Source of the DNA: an uncultured Bacteroidota bacterium
GTDB lineage: Bacteria; Bacteroidota; Ignavibacteria; UBA10030; UBA6906
DNA: 64,000 nucleotides
Direction of reading: 5' to 3'
NCBI GenBank assembly: GCA_963734955.1
Contig: CAVTJO010000007.1
Coordinates: 333,567-397,566 of the forward strand
Every line of letters begins with the position of its first letter. The first letter of the stretch is position 1. Below, piece by piece: positions 50,092-60,501 of this stretch. The notes under the pieces are model-generated. The model was not told the DNA's origin and made no database searches. It saw only the letters and a program-made list of their open reading frames with translations. The position numbers and the translations under genes are program-made.

Positions 50092-50436
50092 TTGTCTCTC
50101 CCGTGTGATGCAGTTCTCTTTTCCAGCTATTGGAATGAATTTAAAAGTATTACTTCTCTTGACTATTTCTCTTCTAATCAATAGGGTTACTTTCGGCTTA
50201 CCTTTTTTGGCTTCGGTATAATGTATCCTGGGGGTGGAGCTTTGTGCCTCCCGACCGTATCCCTCAATCACAGCTTTTGAGTCTGAGATTGGTGTTCTTG
50301 GTGATGTCTGGTTCATCCATTAGAGGATCTCAACGATCCAGTCCGTTTTCCTGAAGTCATTCTCACTCGGCGCGAACGGCGGCGAGATACAAGATTTTTT
50401 CCGTCAACAATCAATCACATCGATCGAAGGGAGATC

Positions 50437-52380
50437 GTGGGGGTGATTAGCTTCATAGGTGCATGCCTGGCAGCCATTGCCATTTCCTGGCTTGTTACGC
50501 CGTTGGTAATGAGTTTTGCTGAACGCGTGGGGGCGATTGACCAACCGAACGAACGGAAAGTTCACATCCGCCCCATTCCTCGACTCGGCGGCGTTGCCGT
50601 TTTTGTGGCATTCTCGCTCACGCTTTTTGTGATGTCGATGGTGCATTGGAATATGCTCACATCGTGGGTAACGGAACGTGAAGGTGTTGTGTTCTTCATA
50701 TCGTTGTTGGTGATGTTTGTGCTTGGTATCTGGGATGATATTCGCACGCTAAAGCCGCTGGAAAAATTTCTCATTCAGATCGCCCTCGCCAGCCTTGTGT
50801 ACGTCGCCGGGTGTAGATTTTCCTTTGGCCCGGAAACATTCGGCTCCTGGCTATTCCAAAACGGCTTCACTGACTATCTTATTACCGTGTTGTGGATTGT
50901 CGGAGTGACCAATGCCGTGAACCTGATTGATGGGCTCGACGGCCTGGCGGCGGGAGTCGCCACGATTGCGGCAATGTCAATCTGTGCGATCTCGCTCATC
51001 AATCAAGATCCTGCAACCGCTGCTATCGCTCTCATTCTTGCTGGCTCACTGGTGGGGTTTTTGCGCTACAATTTTAATCCTGCGAAGGTGTTTCTGGGAG
51101 ATTCCGGCAGCCTCTTTACCGGCTTTGCACTTGCAGTTCTGTCTCTGCGGATTTCGCGCACGAGTACATCACCTTTTGGATTTGCGATCCCGTTGCTCGT
51201 GCTGGGATTGCCTATCATGGACACACTCCTCGCCATGGTGCGTCGGTTCTTGCGTTCGTTCCTTCCGAAACAGCAAGGAACTGATTCATTGACAGGTGTC
51301 ATGAGGTCTATTTTCTCTCCTGATCGGAGCCACATTCACCACCGGCTCATCGCGCGAGGGTTTTCCCACATGAGGTCCGTTCTTCTGTTGTATTTTGTTT
51401 CGTTTGTATTGGGTGTCAGTGCCATCGCGATCCGGGTGGAGAACTCACATAACAGCTCATTGATTCTCCTTGTTGTTGGGATTGCCCTCGTGGCAGGGAT
51501 ACGTCAGTTGCGCTACCGGGAAATGGCAATTCTTCGCAACGGAATTTTGCTTCGCCTGTACTTACACCTGTACAATCTGCGTCTGTTGAGGGGATCGGTC
51601 TTTCAGGGTTTGGTCGATGTCGTGTTTGTGTCAACGGCATATTCAGCGGCTTTCCTCCTCGTCAATGACGCCGATGTGTCGACCTCGTCATACTATCTTT
51701 TCTCTCTACTTATGGTAGCGACGGTTCAGATTGCTGCCTTCTGGCTTTCTGGTCTCTACAAAGGGACGATAAACCAGGCAGGGGTTGGTGATGCGCTGAG
51801 GACGACAAAGTCCGTGGTGGTGGCGGTACTTCTGTCAGGGATGATGCTTGCGATTGTTGGCGGAAGAGACTTTCCTTCTCTCGGTACATTGGTTGTCCTG
51901 GATTTCTTCCTCGTTCTCACACTCATCGTCTGTTCTCGCTTCTCTTTTGCGGCACTGAAGTATTTGTTCGAAAAGGAGCACGCGGGAGAAAAACGAGTTC
52001 TCATTTATGGAGCTGACCCCCACGGTGTCCTGATCTTGCAGAACATCCTGGGTTTTGACTCTCAGAATCTTGCCCCTGTAGGGTTCCTGGACGACGACCC
52101 GCAACTCGAAGGAAAGTACCTCAATGGTTATCCGATTCTCGGGGGTCACTGGAAACTTCACCGACTCCTTGAGAAGGTGAGCGTTAACGAGATACTCCTT
52201 TCTTCTGAACACATCAAACCGGAAACCCTTCGGCGTTTGAAACTGATCGCGAGATCGCACGATGTTGTGATCAGGAGATTCCAGATTCGGTTGGAGGATG
52301 TTTCGAGAGACATCATGCGACCGCCGAAGGACAAGGAGCAGTTTGCATCTGGGGGTGGTGAAGTCGAAACTCGGCTGTAG
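50437..52380 (+). CDS. WecA/MraY-family polyprenyl-phosphate GlcNAc-1-P transferase fused to a TM + CoA-binding (CapD/PglF N-terminal-like) region
   Basis: PIPRLGG, GIWDD, NAVNLIDGLDGLA, FLGDSGS, PDRSHIHHRL; then 4 TM segments and RVLIYGA...VGFLDDDP...G.Y.NG.PILG. Confidence 0.85.
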   Translation: MGVISFIGACLAAIAISWLVTPLVMSFAERVGAIDQPNERKVHIRPIPRLGGVAVFVAFSLTLFVMSMVHWNMLTSWVTEREGVVFFISLLVMFVLGIWDDIRTLKPLEKFLIQIALASLVYVAGCRFSFGPETFGSWLFQNGFTDYLITVLWIVGVTNAVNLIDGLDGLAAGVATIAAMSICAISLINQDPATAAIALILAGSLVGFLRYNFNPAKVFLGDSGSLFTGFALAVLSLRISRTSTSPFGFAIPLLVLGLPIMDTLLAMVRRFLRSFLPKQQGTDSLTGVMRSIFSPDRSHIHHRLIARGFSHMRSVLLLYFVSFVLGVSAIAIRVENSHNSSLILLVVGIALVAGIRQLRYREMAILRNGILLRLYLHLYNLRLLRGSVFQGLVDVVFVSTAYSAAFLLVNDADVSTSSYYLFSLLMVATVQIAAFWLSGLYKGTINQAGVGDALRTTKSVVVAVLLSGMMLAIVGGRDFPSLGTLVVLDFFLVLTLIVCSRFSFAALKYLFEKEHAGEKRVLIYGADPHGVLILQNILGFDSQNLAPVGFLDDDPQLEGKYLNGYPILGGHWKLHRLLEKVSVNEILLSSEHIKPETLRRLKLIARSHDVVIRRFQIRLEDVSRDIMRPPKDKEQFASGGGEVETRL

Positions 52381-52562
52381 AGAGCCTGCAGTAGTGCGCT
52401 GCATCAACCTTCGATTATTCAAGAATGACACTATGGATAGCTGTGACGCAGACATGGATAGTCTGGAAAGGAAATGCTATATTGAGGAGTCGGCAGCCCT
52501 TTTCTTGGTCAATTAATTATTTGGACGTTCCAACCCATTTGAGGACAAACTAGAGGAGAACG

Positions 52563-54380
52563 ATGTACATTCTGGGCATTTCCTGCTATTATCATGATTC
52601 TGCTGCTGCTGTTATCAAGGACGGCGAGATTATTGCTGCGGCCCAAGAAGAGCGCTTTACCAGAAAGAAGCATGATTTCAATTTCCCAAAGAATGCCATC
52701 GAGTATTGCCTCAAAGAGGCAAAAATTACGGTCGATGACCTCGCGTACGTGACGTTTTACGACAAGCCTCTTATCAAGTTCGAAAGGCTTCTTGAGACAT
52801 ACATCGCGTACGCACCCATTGGCATCAAGTCGTTTTTCATGGCGATGCCTCTTTGGCTGAAGGAGAAGTTATGGATCCCGTCCTTGATCAAAGACAACCT
52901 CGGGTACAAGGGCAAGATCCTCTTCCCGGAACACCATGAGTCGCATGCGGCATCGGCGTTTTATCCGTCTCCGTTCGAACGGGCGGCATTTCTTACCCTG
53001 GATGGTGTTGGCGAATGGGCCACCACAAGCTATGGGGTTGGCAACGGAAACAAAATTGAAATGCGGGCTGAACTGAATTTTCCGCATTCGCTGGGGCTCT
53101 TGTATTCAGCCTTTACATATTTCACCGGCTTCAAAGTGAACTCCGCCGAATACAAGGTCATGGGTCTTGCTCCCTACGGTGAGCCCAAGTACGTCCAAAC
53201 GATTTATGACCACCTGGTCGATCTGAAGGACGATGGGTCGTTCAAGATGAATATGGAATACTTCGATTACTGCGCCGGGCTGAAGATGACCAACGGTAAG
53301 TTTGCGAAACTCTTTGGGGGCCCGGAGCGCAAACAGGAATCGAAGCTCACCCAGCGGGAAATGGATATTGCGCGATCGCTGCAGGACGTGACCGAAGAGA
53401 TCATGCTGCGTATGTCTCGGCATGTCCATAAGGAGACGGGAGAAAGGAACCTCGTCCTTGCCGGCGGTGTTGCATTGAATTGTGTCGGCAACGGAAGGAT
53501 ACTGAGGGAAGGACCCTTTGAAAATATTTGGATTCAACCGGCTGCCGGTGATGCTGGTGGTGCTCTCGGGTCTGCATTGTTCGCGTGGCATGGATACCTG
53601 GGAAATCCCAGGGTTGTGAAAAAAGGAGGGGATTCCCAACGGGGGTCGTATCTTGGTCCGGAATATTCCGATGCGGAAGTGGAAAAATATCTCAAGATGA
53701 ATGAGATCGTCTATCGCAAGGTTCCCGCCGAGGAACTTCCTGAAATTGTTGCGGACCTGATTGCTCAGGAGAATGTTATCGGTTGGTTCCAGGGAAGAAT
53801 GGAGTTCGGTCCTCGAGCATTGGGGGCCCGGAGTATCATCGGCGATGCCCGGTCCACAAAGATGCAATCAGTGATGAACCTCAAGATCAAGTTCAGGGAA
53901 TCATTCAGGCCATTTGCTCCATCAATACTCGGCGAGAAAGTGTCTGACTATTTTGGGATGGACTGTGAAAGCCCTTATATGCTTCTCGTTGCTCCTGTCA
54001 ATGAGGAATTGAGGATTCAGATGACTCCGGAACAGGAGAAGCTTTTCGGAATCGACAAGCTCAATGTTCCGCGTTCTGAGATTCCCGCGGTTACGCATGT
54101 TGATTACTCCGCCCGCATTCAGACCGTCCACAAGGAGACGAACCCCCTTTACTATGACCTTATCAATGCCTTCTACAAGAAGACCGGGTGCCCGGTCATC
54201 ATCAACACGTCGTTCAATGTCAGGGGTGAGCCGATTGTTTGCAGACCCGAAGAAGCCTACAGATGTTTGATGCGAACCCATATGGATTATCTTGTCATTG
54301 GCAATTATATTGTAGCGAAGACGGAGCAAAAGCCGCTTGAACAGGATACAAATTGGATGAAGGAGTTTGAACTTGATTGA
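52563..54380 (+). CDS. O-carbamoyltransferase (NodU/CmcH/SxtI family)
   Basis: ISCYYHDSAA, AQEERFTRKKHD, EHHESHA.SAF, DGVGE, LAGGVALN, PAAGDAG, GRMEFGPRALG.RSI, REsFRPFAP, NTSFNV.GEP. Confidence 0.95.
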   Translation: MYILGISCYYHDSAAAVIKDGEIIAAAQEERFTRKKHDFNFPKNAIEYCLKEAKITVDDLAYVTFYDKPLIKFERLLETYIAYAPIGIKSFFMAMPLWLKEKLWIPSLIKDNLGYKGKILFPEHHESHAASAFYPSPFERAAFLTLDGVGEWATTSYGVGNGNKIEMRAELNFPHSLGLLYSAFTYFTGFKVNSAEYKVMGLAPYGEPKYVQTIYDHLVDLKDDGSFKMNMEYFDYCAGLKMTNGKFAKLFGGPERKQESKLTQREMDIARSLQDVTEEIMLRMSRHVHKETGERNLVLAGGVALNCVGNGRILREGPFENIWIQPAAGDAGGALGSALFAWHGYLGNPRVVKKGGDSQRGSYLGPEYSDAEVEKYLKMNEIVYRKVPAEELPEIVADLIAQENVIGWFQGRMEFGPRALGARSIIGDARSTKMQSVMNLKIKFRESFRPFAPSILGEKVSDYFGMDCESPYMLLVAPVNEELRIQMTPEQEKLFGIDKLNVPRSEIPAVTHVDYSARIQTVHKETNPLYYDLINAFYKKTGCPVIINTSFNVRGEPIVCRPEEAYRCLMRTHMDYLVIGNYIVAKTEQKPLEQDTNWMKEFELD

Positions 54381-54787
54381 AAAAGTTGACACCTCTCGTG
54401 AAGCTGTACGCAAAACAGGAAAAGCGTTTCTGATTGCCGGCTCCGTCATTGCAGCGATACTGTTCTGGAAACATGGCTTCGAAGGCACTTCATGGCGCTG
54501 GTTTCTTGGATGTGGGGTTGGCTTTGTTTGGTGTGTCATACCTCGCCTATCCGGTAATGAAGCCGCTCCACATTGGATGGATGAAGTTTGCCCAAGTATT
54601 GGGTTGGTTCAGCACCCATGTCGTGTTAAGCGTTTTTTTCTACCTGGTTCTTACGCCGGGAAGCCTCGTGGTACGACTGCTGGGGAAGGATCTCCTTGAT
54701 CAGCGAATTGACCGATCTGCAAAGACCTACTGGCGCAAACGTGAATCAACTGCTTTTGATCCGGGGAGGATGGAGAATCAATTTTAG
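54367..54787 (+). CDS. SxtJ-family membrane protein; frameshift ~54525
   Basis: N-terminal R.TG...TM, then P...WMKFAQVLGWFST.V.L.VFF.LVLTP...V.RLLGKD.L, TYW, and ending MENQF. Confidence 0.8.
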
Positions 54788-54872
54788 GTTTGGGAAATAC
54801 CAAAACTCAGGGCCTTGGTGTTGCTGAGTCGCCGGCTCTCGAAAACATTATCATTATTATAAGAGGAGAACC

Positions 54873-55040
54873 ATGGGAGCACTTGACAAGTTGGGAATTC
54901 TGGGTGAGTTATGGTCGTTTATGAGGGTACGGAAGAAGTGGTGGCTCGGTCCGATCGTATTTATGCTTCTTGCGCTCGGACTGTTGCTCGTGTTCACCCA
55001 AGGGTCGGCCTTGGCACCATTTATCTATACGCTTTTCTAG
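54873..55040 (+). CDS. DUF5989 (SxtK-like) small membrane protein
   Basis: 55 aa MGALDKLGILGELWSFMRVRKKWWLGPIV...QGSALAPFIYTLF, with an AGAGGAG RBS; below the ORF-track cutoff. Confidence 0.88.
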   Translation: MGALDKLGILGELWSFMRVRKKWWLGPIVFMLLALGLLLVFTQGSALAPFIYTLF

Positions 55041-55149
55041 CAGACTCACGAACGCAGTAACATTAACTTGGGGTCGTGGAGGGCACTATCCTTCCATGAC
55101 CTTTGTTTAGGCTGGACAGAGTCAGCTCAATACTCGTTACTTTGAAAAC

Positions 55150-56256
55150 ATGAAGAAGCTAAAATCTCAGCTCGTGCTTGAAGATGGAACGGTGTTCGAT
55201 GGTGAACACTTTGGTGCGCCAACCTCGGTTGCAGGGGAAGTTGTCTTCAACACCGGGATGGTGGGTTACCCGGAATCCATGACTGATCCGTCATATGCGG
55301 GTCAGATCCTTACCCTCACATACCCTTTGATTGGGAACTATGGAATTCCCGTCAATGGGCAATCTGGTCCTCCGGCAACCACGGATGGGATTGAGAGATA
55401 CTTCGAAAGCGACAAGATCCAGATCAAAGCCTTGGTCATCTCCGCTCTTTCCGGCGGTTACAGTCACTGGTCTGCGAAAGATTCGCTTGATTCCTGGATG
55501 ACACGACACAACGTTCCCGGAATCTCTGGTATTGACACTCGCTCACTTACCAAGAAACTGAGGACAAAAGGCTGCATGCTCGGCAAGCTCATTGTTGACG
55601 AAAAGGATGTCGAGTGGAATGACCCGAATTTGAGGAACCTTGTCGCTGAAGTAAGTACCAATTCTTCGTACTGGTATGACGGAACAGGCGACAGGAAAGT
55701 GGTCCTCGTGGATTTCGGCTGCAAGAACAACATTGCCCGCAGTCTCGTACGCCGGGGTCTCAAAGTATTGCGAGTCCCATGGAACTATGACTGGACGGAG
55801 GAGGATGTCGACGGCGTGGTACTCTCGAATGGTCCCGGCGATCCGAAACAATGCACCGAGGCGATCGAGATAATCCGCAAGGGAATCAAGCGAGATATTC
55901 CGATACTGGGAATCTGTCTTGGGAATCAACTCCTGGCGTTGGCAGCAGGCGGCGACACATTCAAACTGAAATATGGCCATCGTGGACAAAACCAACCCTG
56001 CATTCAGGTAGGATCAAGGCGCTGTTTCATCACCTCACAGAACCACGGGTACGCGGTCAACGAACAAAGCCTCACCGATGATTGGAAACCCTGGTTCTTC
56101 AATGCAAACGACGGGACCAACGAAGGCATCCGTCACACCGAAAGACCAATCTTCTCGGTACAATTCCATCCCGAGGCCAAGCCCGGACCCTCAGACACAG
56201 ACTTCATTTTTGACCAATTCGTTCAATCACTGAGAAATGCCAAAGCAACCGCGTAG
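55150..56256 (+). CDS. carA: Carbamoyl-phosphate synthase small subunit
   Basis: GEVVFNTGM.GY, TDPSYAGQI, GIDTR.LT, SNGPGDP, GICLG.Q, QNHGY, QFHPEA. Confidence 0.97.
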   Translation: MKKLKSQLVLEDGTVFDGEHFGAPTSVAGEVVFNTGMVGYPESMTDPSYAGQILTLTYPLIGNYGIPVNGQSGPPATTDGIERYFESDKIQIKALVISALSGGYSHWSAKDSLDSWMTRHNVPGISGIDTRSLTKKLRTKGCMLGKLIVDEKDVEWNDPNLRNLVAEVSTNSSYWYDGTGDRKVVLVDFGCKNNIARSLVRRGLKVLRVPWNYDWTEEDVDGVVLSNGPGDPKQCTEAIEIIRKGIKRDIPILGICLGNQLLALAAGGDTFKLKYGHRGQNQPCIQVGSRRCFITSQNHGYAVNEQSLTDDWKPWFFNANDGTNEGIRHTERPIFSVQFHPEAKPGPSDTDFIFDQFVQSLRNAKATA

Positions 56257-58540
56257 AGTACTCATCCTGGGTAGTGGTGCCCTCAAGATCGGCGAGGCCG
56301 GAGAGTTCGACTATTCAGGAAGTCAGGCTCTCAAGGCCCTCAAAGAAGAGGGTGTCGAAACAATTCTTGTCAATCCTAATATTGCCACAATCCAAACATC
56401 CGAAGAACTGGCTGACAAGGTCTACTTGTTGCCGGTCAATCCCGCCTTCGTTGAACGTGTCATAGAGAAGGAGAAGCCGGAAGGCATTCTGCTGGGTTTT
56501 GGGGGCCAAACAGCACTCAACTGTGCGATGGCCCTTGCGGAGAAGTGTGTGTTTCAGACCCATGGAGTTCAAGTTCTCGGGACTCCCATTCAGACTATAA
56601 AGGATACCGAGGATCGCGAGTTGTTTGTTCGACGACTGAATGAAGTAGGTGTTGAGACTCCGCGATCACAGGCGGTGAGTACACTTGAAGATGCAAAACG
56701 TGTGGCGGAGGAGATTGGATACCCGGTCATGGTGCGCATTGCATTTGCCCTCGGAGGTCTCGGATCCGGACAATGCAAGGACCAAGCAGAGCTCGAAGAC
56801 CGTGTGAAGAAAGCGCTTGCATACTCGCCGCAAGTGCTCATTGAAGAGTATCTGAAGGGATGGAAAGAAGTTGAGTACGAAGTTGTTCGTGATCAGTACG
56901 ACAACTGCATCACCGTGTGTAATATGGAGAATTTTGATCCGCTTGGTATACACACAGGCGAAAGTATCGTCGTTGCTCCGAGTCAAACGTTGACGAATGA
57001 GGAATACCACTACCTTCGGGAAATATCCATTCGCGTCATCCGTCATCTGAAAGTGGTTGGTGAATGCAATATCCAGTTCGCGTTGGACCCGCGTTCCAAC
57101 AACTATCGAGTGATTGAGGTGAATGCCCGGCTGAGCCGCAGTTCTGCCCTGGCGTCAAAGGCTACAGGCTATCCGCTCGCATACGTTGCCGCAAAGCTCG
57201 CACTTGGGTACAGTCTCACCGAGTTGAGAAACTCAGTCACCCAAACGACGACGGCATGTTTCGAGCCCGCGCTGGACTACGTGGTGGTCAAGGTGCCGCG
57301 CTGGGATCTCAAGAAATTCAGGAATGTTTCGACACAGCTTGGCTCCGCCATGAAGTCGGTGGGCGAGGTGATGGCGATTGGGAGGAACTTCCAGGAGGCG
57401 CTGCAAAAGGCAGTCCGGATGTTGGAGATCGGGATGGATGGACTGGTTGCGACGAAAGTCCCTCAATTCCAGAACCTTGCCGAGGAGCTTTCGAAACCCG
57501 GATCCGACCGGGTCTTCGCAATCCCACAGGCGATGAATCAAGGTTTCAGCATTGACGACATCCACAAGCTGTCTCACATCGACCCGTGGTTTCTTCAGCG
57601 CATTCAACACGTGGTTGAGGTGGAGCGAAAGCTCCAGACGTATGCAGGAGGTCCGTGTCCGAGAAACATCCTGGTTGATGCAAAGAAGAGTGGATTCTCG
57701 GACGGTCAAATTGGGCGTATCCTGAAGATGGATGAAGGTTCCGTGCGCAAGTTGCGTCAGAATCAGGGCATTCGTCCGCATGTGAAACAAATCGACACGC
57801 TCGCAGCGGAGTATCCTGCGAAGACGAATTATCTCTATCTCACATACGATGCTGAAGAAGACGACGTCGCATGCTCTTCCAGTAAAAACGTGCTTCTCCT
57901 CGGTTCTGGTGCATATCGTATAGGCAGTTCTGTGGAGTTCGACTGGTGTTGCGTCAATGCGTCGAACTCCATTCGTCAATCCGGATACACGTCGGTTCTC
58001 CTCAATTATAATCCGGAAACGGTGAGCACGGATTATGACGTCTGCGATCGCCTCTACTTCGACAATATGAATCTCGAGACTGTTTTGGAAATCTATGAGC
58101 GCGAGAAATGTCTTGGGGTTATCGTTTCGGTTGGAGGACAGATCCCCAACAACATTGCACTGAAATTGCATGAGGCAGGTGTAAAAATTCTCGGCACTTC
58201 TCCAACGGACATTGATCGTGCCGAGGATCGGCACAAGTTCTCTACTCTTTTGGACAAGATTGGCGTTGCACAGCCGGAATGGAGTGAAGTTGGGTCTCTG
58301 GGGGATGCCGTGGCGTTTGCTGAACGGATTGGCTATCCTGTTCTTCTGCGCCCTTCGTATGTTCTCAGCGGGGCTGCCATGGGTGTGGCGACGAATGCCG
58401 ATGAGATCAGACTCTTTCTTGATAAGGCGGCCGATGTATCTCCATTGCATCCGGTGGTTGTCTCGAAGTATTATGAGAATGCAAAGGAGATTGAAGTCGA
58501 TGCAGTTGCTGCTGGTGGCGAGATCATGGCGATGGCCGTT
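56237..58540 (+). CDS. carB: Carbamoyl-phosphate synthase large subunit, truncated at ~aa 768 by the sequence junction
   Basis: LGSG...GEFDYSG, GGQTALN, HTGESIVVAP, SRSSALASKATGYP, LGSGAYRIGS..EFD, RPSYVLSG; homology stops after DAVAAGGEIMAMAV. Confidence 0.95.
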
Positions 58541-58555
58541 ACAGCGGCGACGGTG
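58526..58555. other. Probable chimeric junction between a moderate-GC genome and a high-GC genome
   Basis: carB breaks mid-domain and joins mid-gene to an unrelated ORF; composition and codon style change abruptly and stay changed to the window end. Confidence 0.85.
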
Positions 58556-59493
58556 TGTCGCAGGTCGACGTCGTGGCGGTGGAGGGCAACGACGTCGTCC
58601 TGTCGATGACCCTCTTCGGCATCGACCGGGCGACGGGCACACTGGCGGTGCTGCCGGGCGCAGGTGCGAAGGTTCCCGGCGGCGCCGTCGACGGCTTGTG
58701 GATCGCGCCGCGGCTGCTGGATCGACTCCAGACCGGGTCGCTCGGTGGCCTGCTGGTCCTCCGCGGCGACTACCCGCTCGGCGGCACGACCTACCAGGCC
58801 GTGACCATCGTCGACCCCACGCCCGGCGCGTATTCGTCGCAGACCTGCGACACCGCCACGGGTGTGCTCCTGGCCTCGACGACGAACACAGCCGGGGCCA
58901 TATCTCCCGTCCAGCTGCCGGGCCAGGGTCCCACGCAGGGGGCATCGCAGCTGACCGTCAGCCGGTTCGCGGGCATCCGCCAGATGACGACCCCCGGTAT
59001 CAGCTCTGCCGCACCGGCATGGGTGGCCACGACGCAGGGTCTGTCCTACGCGGGCGAGTACCGATGGACCAACCCCGTCGACCCCGCGAGCGGCAACGTG
59101 AGCTATCCGATGACCGCCGAGACGACCTTCACGACGACGGGTGCGACCTGGGCGACCGACGGGCTCCGCACACAGGTTCAGATGCCGGGTGCCACTCCCA
59201 ACGCGTCGAGCGGTGTCTCCAGCGGCATCGGGCCGTACTGGTGGATCCGGCCGCACTGGCCGGCTTCACGACCGGCCAGGTGCTCGATACCGATCCCGTC
59301 ACCGGGCTGACCCTGACGGTCTTCGAGGTCGGCCAGGGGCCCGGTGGCCCGGAAGTGGGCATCGTCGGTCGCATGCCGGGCACCGACATGGCGGCGCGCT
59401 ACGACCTCGCGACGGGCGTGATCGATCGACCAGGGCATCGCGGTCGCCAGCTCGGGCATCACGGCCCGGGTCCAGTTGCAGCAGATGCCGTGA
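58541..59493 (+). CDS. Hypothetical protein, 5'-truncated, frameshifts ~59255 and ~59420
   Basis: An open frame with GC-rich third positions (SGDGVSQVDVVAVEG...GPYWW) continues as IDPAALAGFTTGQVLDTDPVTG and ends ...RVQLQQMP* just before lysR. Confidence 0.55.
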
Positions 59494-59495
59494 GC

Positions 59496-60416
59496 ATGCT
59501 CAACGCACAGGTGGAAGGCTTCGTCGCGGTCGCTCGCGAAGGGAACCTGCGGCGCGCGGCGGAGCTGTTGTACGTCAGCCAGCCGGCTCTCACCGCGCGC
59601 ATCCAGGGGCTGGAGGCGGAGCTGGGCACGACCCTGTTCCGTCGGACGCGTTCGGGCATGGAGCTGACCCATGCCGGGCGAGCGTTCCTGCCGTACGCGC
59701 AACGTGCGCTGGAGTCACTGCGGGGAGGAGCGGCACTGGTGGCGGAGCTGTCGGAGGGCGTCGTCGGGGAGCTGGCCATCGGGGCGGCGCCCGCGGTCAG
59801 CGCCTACGTGCTGCCGGAGCTGCTGGCGCGCTACACCGAGCGTCACCCCAACGTGCGTCTCGTGGTCCGGACGTCGCACTCGGAGGCGCTCGTCGACATG
59901 GTCGTCCGGGGCGAGGTCCAGCTGGCCATCGTGCGCGAGATGCGCGACGCGCGGATCACCAACCGGCCGCTGTTCGAGGACGAGCTGGTCCTGGTCGCGC
60001 GGCCTGATCACCCGTTCGCGGCCGCGGGCAAGATCGACATCTCCGCCATCCATGGCGCCCAGCTCATCCTGTTCGACCGCACGTCCAGCTATTACGACCT
60101 GACCAATGCCCTGTTCCGGAGCGCCGGCGTGGTCCCCCGGGGTGTCATGGAGCTGGACAACATCGAGGCGGCCAAACGGATGGTCGAGCGTGGCCTGGGT
60201 GTCGCGCTGCTGCCCGGCACGGCCGTGGCCCAGTCTCTGGCCGAAGGGTCGCTGAAGGAGGTGAAGCTGGTGGGCGCGGGTCCCATCGAGCGACGGATGG
60301 TGATGGTCGAGCACCAGGGCTCCCGCGGCCAGCCGGAGACGGTGGCCTATTTCGTGTCCCTGCTGCTGCGCATCCCGGAGCTCATCCCTCGGGCGCGTCC
60401 GGTCCACGGCGACTAG
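59496..60416 (+). CDS. LysR-family transcriptional regulator
   Basis: MLNAQVEGFVAVAREGNLRRAAELLYVSQPALTARIQGLEAELG..LF.R HTH plus a substrate-binding domain. Confidence 0.93.
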   Translation: MLNAQVEGFVAVAREGNLRRAAELLYVSQPALTARIQGLEAELGTTLFRRTRSGMELTHAGRAFLPYAQRALESLRGGAALVAELSEGVVGELAIGAAPAVSAYVLPELLARYTERHPNVRLVVRTSHSEALVDMVVRGEVQLAIVREMRDARITNRPLFEDELVLVARPDHPFAAAGKIDISAIHGAQLILFDRTSSYYDLTNALFRSAGVVPRGVMELDNIEAAKRMVERGLGVALLPGTAVAQSLAEGSLKEVKLVGAGPIERRMVMVEHQGSRGQPETVAYFVSLLLRIPELIPRARPVHGD

Positions 60417-60501
60417 CGCGCCCCGCCCGGCGGGTGTGACGGCCCGGGCGCAGTGCAGGATGCGGACATCGACTGACAGGTATGTCGCTCAGCATCGGCC
60501 C

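Noticed and set aside
52563-55040. Saxitoxin biosynthesis
   Set aside because: Only the sxtI/J/K-like triad is present. No sxtA-type PKS-like gene, amidinotransferase or other core genes are seen, and the context is a glycan locus.
58212-60416. 734-aa ORF as a novel LysR fusion protein
   Set aside because: The N-terminal part is an off-frame reading of carB plus the junction plus the hypothetical gene; the real LysR starts at ATG 59496.
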